A stretch of 64,000 nucleotides of DNA from Naegleria gruberi (Eukaryota), in NCBI GenBank assembly GCA_000004985.1, contig GG738902.1; one strand, 5' to 3'. Shown one piece after another: positions 44,990 to 55,704 of the stretch; within the stretch, counting starts at the first letter, position 1, and each line of letters begins with the position of its first letter. The translations under genes were made by a program, and so were the position numbers. The notes below the pieces were generated by a model. It saw nothing but the letters and a program-made list of their open reading frames with translations, made no database searches and had not been told where the DNA came from.

Positions 44990-46669
44990 ATGAATAATCA
45001 ACAACCGCCTCCATTTCTCAACTCTTCCCAATATCAGCAGCAACAACAACAATACTCGAATAATACAACAGGATCGGGTGTTGTTGGAGGCTATTCAAAT
45101 GTTCCTCATCCACTTGATCCACTCTCTTCGCAGAGAATGACCACTTCCTTTTCAGCATCACCTCTTCCACCACTTCCTCAGGGTCATCATCATATTAATC
45201 ATCAACATTATCAATCATTTAATCAGCCTTCACCAACACTTTCTGGCGGTATGAATACGAGTGGTTATTTAAGTACGACAGGAGGTATGCCACACTCTCA
45301 TAGTTCTTCATCAATTGCTTCTGCAACTTCATCGGTTGGTGTTGGACAACCACCAGAATATATGATGCGTTCGGGAACTGTATTTACTGCTGGTCCTGGT
45401 ATTGGAAGTTCAATTTCACTCTCACAACAACATGAAGCTGTCAGAGCCTTTTTGAAGGGAAATGATTTTCCAATTAGAACACCTAAAAAAGTACAAGACA
45501 TCAAGGGAACTTCATTGGAAGAATGTGTAGAATTGGCAAAAAGTGAATCATGGAAAGAATTTTTAAAAGTATGTGAAAAACAAGTCAAAGAACCTGGTCA
45601 ACAGCATATTATGTTACAATGGAGATTATCTCAATTGGTCACACTTTTGAGATTGAATCAAACTGAATATGCTCAAATGTGTATCGATAGTATGGGAGAT
45701 TTGGAAAACAATTCCACCTATTTCTATGAGAAATATCCAAATATTTACAATGTAAATCAACAAAGCAAGACTGGTAACATGATGCCATTTACAATTTTGA
45801 TTATCAAGGCCATTCTTCCACTATTACAATATTTAAAGAATCCAAATGCTCAACAACAACAACAACAGCAGCAACAGAGTCAAAATCCAAATCTCCCTCC
45901 CCTTCCAGGGAGTGATGGATCTGCAATTGCTATGGAAAGATTGTATGCCCTGTTGAAGATTTGTGCAGATCAAATCAAAGAAGGTGGTGGATTTTTGTAC
46001 AGTAAGAGATGTAAACTTCATTCCAAAATGACTATTGTCTACACACCATTCGAAGGAACACAAGAAGAATGGAAGTTGAGAGAACAAAGAGTTGTATTTT
46101 ATATTATTACTTGTCACATTGCTAGAAAGGAATACTATTTGGCAATTCAAATTTTGGAAAAGCTGTTAAAGCATTACTCTGGTTTGATAGAATCAGATTT
46201 TAGTACTTATCAAAGACTCGAGTCATTGTTGGGTTGTTTATATCTTCAACAAGGTCTTTTGAAACCAGCAAGAGATCACTTTGTAAATGTAGAAAAGAGA
46301 GAAACAAATCCAGAAAGATCAACCCTTGTCAGAGCAAACAGTGGTTATCTCAAGTTTGCTTATGGCCATTTTGTAGATGCTTGTAAAGAGTTTACATTCA
46401 TTCTTACAGAGTTGGATCCTCTCAGTGTCAATGCTGCCAATAATAGATCTATTTGCATGTTGTATATGTGTGAACTTGGGAAGGCTATTGATGGCGTTGA
46501 GGAATTTGTGAGACAAGATCCAGCTGTTACTTTGGAACATAATTTAGTCTATAACCTCTGTACATTATACGATTTGGAGAGTACTGAGAGCAGTGAAAAG
46601 AAGATGATTATTAGCTCTCTAGCTCACAGATTTAAAGGAGACGATTTTGGAAATTGGATTATCCAATAA
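44990..46669 (+). CDS. TPR-like helical-repeat protein with poly-Q tracts (possibly TRAPPC12/TTC15-like)
   Basis: A 559-aa ORF. The N-terminus is Q/S/P-rich and low-complexity; the C-terminal ~250 aa have TPR-like periodicity. Homology is not certain. Confidence 0.45.
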   Translation: MNNQQPPPFLNSSQYQQQQQQYSNNTTGSGVVGGYSNVPHPLDPLSSQRMTTSFSASPLPPLPQGHHHINHQHYQSFNQPSPTLSGGMNTSGYLSTTGGMPHSHSSSSIASATSSVGVGQPPEYMMRSGTVFTAGPGIGSSISLSQQHEAVRAFLKGNDFPIRTPKKVQDIKGTSLEECVELAKSESWKEFLKVCEKQVKEPGQQHIMLQWRLSQLVTLLRLNQTEYAQMCIDSMGDLENNSTYFYEKYPNIYNVNQQSKTGNMMPFTILIIKAILPLLQYLKNPNAQQQQQQQQQSQNPNLPPLPGSDGSAIAMERLYALLKICADQIKEGGGFLYSKRCKLHSKMTIVYTPFEGTQEEWKLREQRVVFYIITCHIARKEYYLAIQILEKLLKHYSGLIESDFSTYQRLESLLGCLYLQQGLLKPARDHFVNVEKRETNPERSTLVRANSGYLKFAYGHFVDACKEFTFILTELDPLSVNAANNRSICMLYMCELGKAIDGVEEFVRQDPAVTLEHNLVYNLCTLYDLESTESSEKKMIISSLAHRFKGDDFGNWIIQ

Positions 46670-46674
46670 ATTTA

Positions 46675-49600
46675 TTATTGGCTTGTCATTTTGACCACTT
46701 CAGATGTTGGAATTGTCAATGCTTCCATATTGTCGTCGTGATATATTTCAGTAGCATTTTGTACTGGTGGTAAAATAATAGTGCTGTATGGAGGAGGTAA
46801 TATTCCATTACTTACTGGCATATTTCCATATGCTGTAGTGTTGACAGAAGGAGGTTCATAAGAATAATATGCAGTTCTTGGTGGAGATCTTGGAGGACTC
46901 GAAGTAAATGCTGATAATGGTTGAGGATATGGAGTATAGATTGGAGGTGGAGTATTGAGTATTGGTACATCAAACATTTCATACTCATTTCTTCTCTTGT
47001 TGAGAGGAGTATTGGCTTCCTTAGTTGGGAAGAAGACTTCATAGTCAGCAAAGGTATGTGTAGTCTTATTGGTTGAACTAGTTGGACTTCTGTGAACAGA
47101 TTGTTGTTGAGGAGTAGTATAGATTGACTGCTGTTTCTTATTGAGTGGTTTACCACTGGTTGATTTGATTGATTTAGAACTACTACTTGGAGGAGCTTTG
47201 ATGGCACACTTCTTTCTCTTTGGTGCTTGAATGCAAGCAATGAAAAGGAATAAAAAGAACCAAATAGCAAAACCAAGAAGGAATAACCCAAAGGTTGCTG
47301 CAATACATAGATATCTTGCAAGCTCAAATTTGTTTGGAACATAGAGAACCTTTGATCCTTTGCATTGTAAATTACTCCAACCAACAGCACTCAAACCACC
47401 CTCAATGTTTGCCACTTCGAGTGGAGTGGTTGGTTTGTTGGAATTTACGAAAAACTCAGTAATAGGATTAGATGTTGAATGTACATTCAAACACTTGTAA
47501 GTATTTCCAAGTGTGATCATCTCAAAATCAGTATACACTGAATCAGTATAAGTACCAGATTGGACAACACAACAAGCATAGGCAGAATTACTTAATAACA
47601 ATTCGACGTTTGTGTCTTTCATCAAGCTTACTGTTTCAAAGATGGTGATACCTACAACAGATCCAAATCCTCCCAACCATAACACTGCAAGTAGTAAAAG
47701 CATTGTTCCCACTATAAACACAGAGCAATACCTCCTTTTTCTTTCATCCTGACTTTTAACACATCCTCTGCAAACTCTGATGGCAAGAAACATGGGAAGA
47801 GTTGCGAACAGAGCAGGAATGAATGATTCCCACTCCTTTTCATTTTCAATGTTAATCTTCTTTTTCCTGATTGTTTGAATACAGAATACGCAAGTGAAAA
47901 AGAGAGAATACAAGAGAACAATACCAACAATACATCCAGCAGTAATATACGACTCAAAGAAGTAATTTTCAAGGTACACGTTTTCCCCAGATTCTACATT
48001 TTCAGCAGTTCCTCTGAACGAAGCACTTGCAAACGTTTGATCTGTTGGGAATCTTATTAAAATCTTTGAGTATGTTGCAAGTTTGGAAGCATCAACATCC
48101 AAGATGAATTTGAGGGCTTTCAAGGTTGTTTGATGTTGCTTGTAGACATAGTCGTTTCTTGTGGGAGTAATTGTTTCCAACTTGTTTGGATATAACGAAA
48201 TTGCGTATACTGTTGGAGTCGGAACTGAGGTAAATTGTTGACTGAATAATTCAATCAAATACTGTCCAGTGTCTTTGGCATCACTGTAATCCACTTCAAC
48301 AATAGTTCCAGGGTTTACAACAAATTTGGTCAAGTAAGAAGATGATGAGATTGAAGCCTTTGATGGGGTTGTTGTCATTAAATAACTGAACTTGGCTTGA
48401 GAGGAAAAAGAGGAAGAATCGCATGATTGGGGAGAATATGTTTCCAGAGGATGTATGAGCATATAGATAGCCTTATCTTGTAGTTTCAAATATGGAGTGT
48501 TCACAAAAGATGTACCTGAACTAGTCTCAAAGATTATTCCATTTTCGTATCCAATAATGTTGACCTTGTAATTGGTTTGAGATGAAATATCTAGCTTAAT
48601 ATTATAGTTATTAGAGTCTACAGGTTTTCCTACCCCAAGATAAATATTGTACTTCCTACCTGATAACATTAAATTTTGACTGTCCATCAACATTGTAATT
48701 TGGAAATTATTAGAAACAGTATTTACAACCATTCGTTGCGTTACATCTTCTGTTGGAGAAGCATAATATGGTAATTGAATTGTATTATATCCAGGTGAGG
48801 AGAGAGAGAAGGCAAGTTGAGGGGAAGATATGGATTGTACAACATAGTTAACTGTTGTATTTGAAATTGTAAAGGCAGGATCTAATTGAAGGTTAAATTT
48901 CCAAACTCCATTAAGGGATGGCTGAAGCCATGTCGAAATACCAATAGTGTTTGTGAATTCATTCAGACAGTTAACAGTGACAGTCTTAGAAAAAGCAAGA
49001 ACAAATCTCTGAAGAGTTCCTTGTGCGGCTGTTAATTTCAATGTTGGAGGTGTTAAATTGAATTGACCCTGACTTATTACCGGTTGTAAATTCTGAACAG
49101 TTACAAAAGCAAGAAGGTAACTGTCCTCTGTTGGGTTATAGGAGATATAGTAAGGGTAGGATCCTGTTGAAGATTGAGGCAAAGCTTGGCTGTAAACACC
49201 ATCAAGGGGCAGGGAGGGTGGATTTAAGTACATGTTTGGAATTGAAAAGGACAATACTGCAGAACAAGTATCACAATTGTTCTCTACAATCACTATCAAT
49301 GATCCAATAGGAATTTGCTTAAATGAGATTATGTGTGTATAAGTGTTTGAAGCAGAAATGACTTGGTGGGCTTTTGAAACATCGAGAGTGATAGGCATTT
49401 CACCACTTTGGATAATGAATAAATAGTATGGACGAGTGGAGAGTGCAGACGTAGAAATTTCTATATCTTGTGGTGTATTATCCCGAGTGGAGTAGCTTAT
49501 AATTTTTAAGGCATTTACCTCACCATTAACAATTGGTTTAGGAATTGTAAAAGATTGATCAATAGCCATACTCTTAATGCCTTAGTAGTTGAGTTAATTA

Positions 49601-51143
49601 TTTTAACAATTGGCTTATACTTACTCTTTTTCAACATTGTAATAGTACCTGTGGTGTTAGAAACTTTACTATTCGTGATCTTGAAAGTTAGAGATGTTGC
49701 TCCATTCAGTTTAGAATTTAACAATGTTGATGGAATAATAAAGGAAGTGGTTGTGACAGAGATTTGAGGAATCGTTATTGTCTGTAATGTGGCGGAAGAT
49801 GATACAACAATCGTTCCGTTGAAGGTGCTGTTAAAACTAATGTAGGTCTGAATGAAAGCAATCGCTGTGGTAGTGACATACGAAGCAATGATAACTCTCT
49901 TTGAATTATCAACCTTGAATGCTAGTGCTTTTTCATAAACTGAATAATAGGTATTGGGAGAATAAGGATCGACATTGACTGTCGAGTTGCTATTTGTTGT
50001 GGTATTATTATTACTTGCAGTATTGTTGGATGTCTGGGTTGAATTTGTGATTACATTACTAGTAGAATTGACAGACGAATTGGGTATGCCAGTATTATTT
50101 GTTTTAGACAAGTATGTGAGCGAGATTGAGGAGGATTGAACTCTTGAGCTTATCAAAGGATCATAATATTTTCCATTCATACGAGTTGCGTAAGTAACAG
50201 TGGAAGTGGTATTTGTTGTGATATTGCTGTCGTTTCTCCATTTATACATGATGTAAACTTGAATTGATTGACTGGCTTGTAATGTCACATAACTGACATA
50301 AAGACTGGCTGTGTTTGAGCTGCTTATTGGTATGAGAGTATATGATTTGATGGCTGTTTGTACATTTGTTGAATGATTAACCCTAACAAGCTTTACAATT
50401 GAAATATCGAGGTTTGAAATGCTTAGAGATTCGAACTTGATATCCAGATATACGTCTGTTATTGTATCTATACCAGAGTTTTTAATGGTCACAACATTGG
50501 TTGAATTTCTATTTGATTGATTTGATGCAATGACTACCGTTGATGGTTTTGAAGTGATACCCAAATCCACAACAGGTGTTGTTGAAGGAACATAACACAG
50601 ATACAAATACATGGATTGAATTAACAATTCCTCTGGTGTCAATCTCTTCAATGTCAGCTTGTTAGAATAATCTTTCAAATACACATACGAAAGACCAGTA
50701 ACATCCACACTTGATGCTTTCGAAATTCCCAAATTACAAGCATCCTTCGTACCACAATAAACACTGGGATTCAGATAGGGATATTTCATTATATTCAAAT
50801 CATTAATAAGCATTGAATAATTTGCTGAAAAACTCGATGAGGAGGAACATGAAGTAAATCGATAATTAATTTTCGATCCAACCATTCCCTGATAAATCAA
50901 TACTTTCCTACTCGACCCACCAGTATATGAAAATGTTCCATTCAATGAGGTACTTTTCCAACTCTTGTTATAATCATTGCAAACGTAGGAATAATAATTA
51001 TTGGGTGTAAAGAAAACTTCAACATTCTCGCATGTGGGTGAAACATTCTGACCGAAGACTGTAATGTTATTATGTATTACTAGGAAGAATAATACAAGGA
51101 AGACTATTTGATAAGCATTTAAAACTTTTGCAATATTTATCAT
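46675..51143 (-). CDS. Giant Ser/Thr/Asn-rich mucin-like multipass membrane glycoprotein, two exons: complement(join(46675..49580,49625..51143)), about 1474 aa
   Basis: It has an N-terminal signal peptide (MINIAKVLNAYQIVFLVLFFLVIHN). A ~1100-aa ectodomain is packed with N-x-S/T sites and S/T runs. Three to four TM helices follow, then a Pro/Tyr-rich cytoplasmic tail with PPxY-like motifs (PPPIYTPYP, LPPPYSTI). A 44-nt GTAAGT...AG intron at 49581-49624 merges the 542-aa and 964-aa ORFs in frame (TMLKK|SIKSMAIDQ). Confidence 0.65.
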
Positions 51144-51654
51144 GTTGATGTTGTTGGTAATAGTTGTATTTAAGAGTTAGGTATTTATGATGATTGTTGT
51201 TTTTATAATCCGATAATGATTATAGCATCATTAAGAGACTATGTTTTTCAGCTATTCTTTTAATGTTGTTATTGTGCTTATTTAAAAATTCTAGTGGAGG
51301 GATAATTCATTTCCATTTGAGAAAAAAATCCCAACTCAGAATTTGCATCTCCTATTCTCTCTGTAGTAAAAAATGGCGCCTTTAAAAAAACATCAACAAG
51401 CCTATCAAAGCACATTAAGGTCAATGTTGATAAAAAAACTGTATTGTGTAAAGGGAACTCGAGTTTGTCGTTGAGGATGTATAGTTGAATACAATGACAA
51501 TATATTCGGATCCCTTTGAAAGGGAATACGTTTCATGTAACATGTTGTGATGCCTTTTCATGAACAAAAGATATTAAGCTGGTCTGGTTAATACATCTAT
51601 TAGTGTTATTCTCAATTAAAATGATGGGATTGGATTAAAAAATGGTCAGTTTTA

Positions 51655-51897
51655 TTATAAACCAGGGTAACTATCAACAAACTCAACAGTGAAATCAGGA
51701 TAATCCTCAACGATTTGAATCTTGAAATCTGGGTAGCTGTCAACTTCTTCCCAAAGACCAACACTGATTGGATAACTATCAACCATTTGAACTCTGAGAT
51801 CAGGATAACCGTCAACTACTTGTACCTTATAATCAGGGTAGCTATCAACAAATTCAATCTTTCCAAAGATTTTAGCAAGTTCTGATTTAGAAACCAT
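51655..51897 (-). CDS. 80-aa micro-protein made of about 7 tandem decapeptide repeats ([IV]VD[SG]YPD[YLF][KRT]VQ)
   Basis: MVSKSELAKIFGKIEFVDSYPDYKVQVVDGYPDLRVQMVDSYPISVGLWEEVDSYPDFKIQIVEDYPDFTVEFVDSYPGL. The ORF is intact and its period-10 repeat is maintained at protein level with varied codons, which suggests selection on the peptide. Confidence 0.45.
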   Translation of the reverse strand: MVSKSELAKIFGKIEFVDSYPDYKVQVVDGYPDLRVQMVDSYPISVGLWEEVDSYPDFKIQIVEDYPDFTVEFVDSYPGL

Positions 51898-52319
51898 TTT
51901 TTTTTGTTTTGTGTAATGAATAAACGTGTGCGGTTTTATCCACTTGCAGAATGCATGTGTGTTAGTTGCAGTGAGGAATAATCGGAACTAATAATGTTTG
52001 ACCTTAATTCTCTGTTCACTGAATGTTACATGCATTTGGAGACAAAACTGGATCTAACCAAAGACCAGGATGAGGGTGGGATTTTCTTTGTAATCCTCTC
52101 TCTTCTCAGTTAAACAATAAGAACACCCTCAGAGAAAATTCAATTTCTATCATGGGTCAACTACAAGTATAGGATACTTCTGACAAACATAATTCAGTTG
52201 ACCTTCACTGGAAAGTTCATACCTTGATCCAAAACCAGTCCTCAAAAGTTCATTATTTTTATTATTAAAAAAAATTGCCAAGTCCTTTGTTGGAGGTTTG
52301 AAATTCATCGTCGTCGTCT

Positions 52320-55300
52320 TTGAGAAGGATAATAATAATGGCCAGTAGCAGTAATAATAATTGTATTCTCACCACATCGGATGATGGTGACTCTATCTAT
52401 TTTGTCTCATCACGGGATAAGCAACATACACTCAAGCAATTACAAACGAGTACGGAACATTTTCAAAAGAAGGAATACAAAGTAGCCATTGAAATATTGG
52501 AGAAGTGTGTTCAGATACCCTCGGATACATTGATCACTGTTTCAGGGTGTGATTTCAATGATGGAGAATGTATCAAGGGAATAGCTGAACAAGCTGATAA
52601 ACAAATTGTTGAATTAATTGGAAAGATGTTTATCACTAAAGGACTTTGCTATTTTAATTCGACAATTGTTGCTGAGAGTGATGAAAAGAAGGATCTGTAT
52701 TTTACTAAAGCACTGCAAGATTTTGCTGCAGTTGCCAGACACTACAAACTGTACAAACAATTGTATTATTATGATAATCAACAATCACTCTTGCAAGATA
52801 TCGATGGCTTGTATGTATTTGTTACAACTATGAAGTCGTACTTCCTTGAGGGAAGATGTCTTCAACAATTGAGGGGATATCAAGTGGACGGAATTTCATC
52901 TCTGGAGAAGGCAGTCATTGCATTTAGTGAGGCAATTCAAATGGCCGAGTATTTGAAGAGTAATTCATCAGGGGTGGCCAGTGAGAAGGTTTGTCTCTCT
53001 GCTCTCGAACAATTGCCACAATATTATCTCAATAGAGCCCTCTCTCATAATGATATCAATTCTTACAGACCAGCAGAGGCCGATTTTACGAGTTACATCT
53101 CACTGATTGGTAATACTAACGATAAAGAAAGAAAATCTACATTATTCATGATTGCTTATCATAATAGAGGAATTTCACTTTCCTACATGCAAAAGTACGT
53201 GGAGGCAATTGAGGATTTCACAAAATCAATTGAACATTACCAGGAAATTCCACAAAATAGTCCAGACAAGAAACAACAATTTGATAGCTTTTTAGAAACT
53301 CACTCCAAAAGGGCTAAAGCAATTCATAGATTCATTGTGGATCATGTACACGACTGCAGAGATAATAACGACAAAGCAATGATGGACAAGATTTTGAAAC
53401 TCAAAACTCTTGCATGTGAAGATTTTGAATTTGTAAGCAAACACAAGCCTAATAGTGTTTATAATAATCATTTCAACACGAGCCAAATTTTGAATATGGT
53501 GGCAACCATTCTCTCCCCAATATTACCAAAGGAAGTTCAATTTGAGCTTTACTCTCAATCTATTCCACACTTGAGAGAATGCATCAAACAGGGAAATAAC
53601 TACAAGACAAGTTTGGATCTTGCTAAAGCATTGTCAAAAACTGGAACTGGTCAAAATGAAGAAATTCTCGATTTGTATAATAGAGCTGTGAAATTATTGG
53701 ATGTTGAATCAAGCAAAAAAGTTTCTGGAGAGCAGAAGGCAAATATATTCTTTGAGAGAGGAGTTTTGTACAACAAAATGGAAAGAGTAGAACAAGCCAT
53801 TATGGACTTTACTACTTCTATTGATTTACATCAACAGTTTTTGGAAGCTTACTTTAATAGAGCCATTCTTTATTATACTAAAAGTAGAAATACAATTTTA
53901 GCTATTAAGGATTTGGAAAAAGTTATTGAAATCGATCCTAAAGATACCACTGCCTTGATAGAACTGGCAGTTTTATTGGCCTCTAATGGTCAAGTTGAGG
54001 AAGGTACCAAGAGATTGAATCAAACCTTAGAATGTGACCCAAACAATGAAACAGCTCACAAATATTTGAAAATTCTCCAAGAAAATGAATCTCCTCTTCC
54101 CTCCAATGATATTTTCGAGATTAGAGAAGATCATGTCGAGGAAGTGCCTTTCACTATTCGTCAAGTTCAAAGACCCACTTCTGACAACTTTGGATTCAAA
54201 CTCTTCAAAAAGAAGACTAAGGAGGTTGATCCTGAAGAACAACTGAAGCAGTCAGTACCTCCACCAAAAACAAGATCTACCAATTCAATGTTTTTGGACA
54301 ACTCTCTTCCACCAATAACCAGTTCCATTCTAGGAGCTGGAACTAGAGCAGATTTTGATCTTCCACCTCACATTGTAAATTTGGATACAGATCTTGTCTG
54401 GTTACGTCCTTCACAAATAACTGGTGTAACCAAGCCAGCACTTTTTGTCGATGGTTCCAATTATAAGGATGTCATTCAAGGTTCTCTTGGTAATTGTTGG
54501 ATGCTTAGTGCAATGGCCATTGTTGCTTCTCATGATTTTGTAATGAAAAAGGTTGTTGTTGAATCAAAAACAAACTCTGCAATTGGAAAATACACATTTT
54601 GCCTTTTCAAGGAGGGACGGAATAAGGAAATTACTATTGATGACTTGATTCCTTGTGATGTAACTACAAATTCGTATGTGTTCTCCAGATCAGCAGATCC
54701 CAACGAGTTGTGGGTGCCACTGTTGGAGAAGGCTTACGCAGCTCTCTATGGAAATTATTTCTCCTTGAAGGGAGGTCATTTGAAAGATGCTCTCGTTGAT
54801 CTTACTGGTGGTATTTCATTTTCATATGATATTGACCCAAAAAAGATTGAGGAAGTGTGGCAATACCTTTCGTGCCTACCAAAGCAAAACAGCTCAAGTA
54901 GCTCCTTCAAATTGATGGGTGCAAGATCCGAGACATCAGCTTCTGACTATACTGGTATTATCAATTTCCATGCCTATGCTATTTTGGATGCTATAGAGTT
55001 CCCTCCACATTTAACCAATAGTCAGAGAGTAAGATTAATCAAAATGAAAAATCCTTGGGCTAACGGAATTGAATGGAAGGGAGAGTGGTCAGATTATTGC
55101 CCTCGCTGGAGTCCAGAGCTTAGAAAATATGTAGGAAATGACTTTAATTCTCAAGATGGTATTTTTTACATGTCATTGGAATATTTTGTTGTCCAATGGA
55201 ATATGATTGAAGGTGTGGAAATTTTCGTAAATGGAAAATGGAATGAATTCTTAGCGACTGGAAGATTTGATTCAAATATTAGAAGCGATAACAATTGGAT

Positions 55301-55679
55301 GTTAGATGTTTTGGAAGAAACCCAATTCTTTATTGAAAACCCATATGAAAATAATCGTTTGGTAATTTCACTCACTCAGTTGGACACCAGATATGTTCAC
55401 GATTCAAAGGATGATGATTCATGTATTGCAGTTCATTTGATTAGAGTTGATCAGCCATCCCCATCTAGATTGATCAAGATCAACAAGAAGGATATCATAG
55501 TTCAAGGTGATTACAAATACGACAGAGAAATAGTCGTTGATTGTTGTCTTCCATCAGGTTCCTACGTTGCCATACCTCACGAATATTTTACTACCAATTG
55601 TAAAAATACTGAACTGGGAGCATATACCATTAGAATTTTATCAGAAAGTAAGGTAAAGGTCACTACGATCAATCCTTAA
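52320..55679 (+). CDS. TPR-repeat / calpain-family cysteine protease fusion, 1119 aa
   Basis: The N-terminal ~560 aa contain multiple TPR repeats. The C-terminal calpain catalytic core has the Cys site GSLGNCWMLSAMAIVAS, His in INFHAYAILDA and Asn/Trp in MKNPWANGIEWKGEWSD, followed by a domain-III-like beta sandwich. Confidence 0.85.
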   Translation: MRRIIIMASSSNNNCILTTSDDGDSIYFVSSRDKQHTLKQLQTSTEHFQKKEYKVAIEILEKCVQIPSDTLITVSGCDFNDGECIKGIAEQADKQIVELIGKMFITKGLCYFNSTIVAESDEKKDLYFTKALQDFAAVARHYKLYKQLYYYDNQQSLLQDIDGLYVFVTTMKSYFLEGRCLQQLRGYQVDGISSLEKAVIAFSEAIQMAEYLKSNSSGVASEKVCLSALEQLPQYYLNRALSHNDINSYRPAEADFTSYISLIGNTNDKERKSTLFMIAYHNRGISLSYMQKYVEAIEDFTKSIEHYQEIPQNSPDKKQQFDSFLETHSKRAKAIHRFIVDHVHDCRDNNDKAMMDKILKLKTLACEDFEFVSKHKPNSVYNNHFNTSQILNMVATILSPILPKEVQFELYSQSIPHLRECIKQGNNYKTSLDLAKALSKTGTGQNEEILDLYNRAVKLLDVESSKKVSGEQKANIFFERGVLYNKMERVEQAIMDFTTSIDLHQQFLEAYFNRAILYYTKSRNTILAIKDLEKVIEIDPKDTTALIELAVLLASNGQVEEGTKRLNQTLECDPNNETAHKYLKILQENESPLPSNDIFEIREDHVEEVPFTIRQVQRPTSDNFGFKLFKKKTKEVDPEEQLKQSVPPPKTRSTNSMFLDNSLPPITSSILGAGTRADFDLPPHIVNLDTDLVWLRPSQITGVTKPALFVDGSNYKDVIQGSLGNCWMLSAMAIVASHDFVMKKVVVESKTNSAIGKYTFCLFKEGRNKEITIDDLIPCDVTTNSYVFSRSADPNELWVPLLEKAYAALYGNYFSLKGGHLKDALVDLTGGISFSYDIDPKKIEEVWQYLSCLPKQNSSSSSFKLMGARSETSASDYTGIINFHAYAILDAIEFPPHLTNSQRVRLIKMKNPWANGIEWKGEWSDYCPRWSPELRKYVGNDFNSQDGIFYMSLEYFVVQWNMIEGVEIFVNGKWNEFLATGRFDSNIRSDNNWMLDVLEETQFFIENPYENNRLVISLTQLDTRYVHDSKDDDSCIAVHLIRVDQPSPSRLIKINKKDIIVQGDYKYDREIVVDCCLPSGSYVAIPHEYFTTNCKNTELGAYTIRILSESKVKVTTINP

Positions 55680-55704
55680 TAGTAATTGTTTCATCAACAT
55701 TTAT

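Noticed and set aside
51370-51396. AAATGGCGCCTTT palindrome-like GC island upstream of the glycoprotein gene, considered as an E2F site
   Set aside because: The orientation gives GGCGCCTTT rather than TTTSGCGC or GCGCSAAA, so it does not match the E2F consensus. Its function is unknown.
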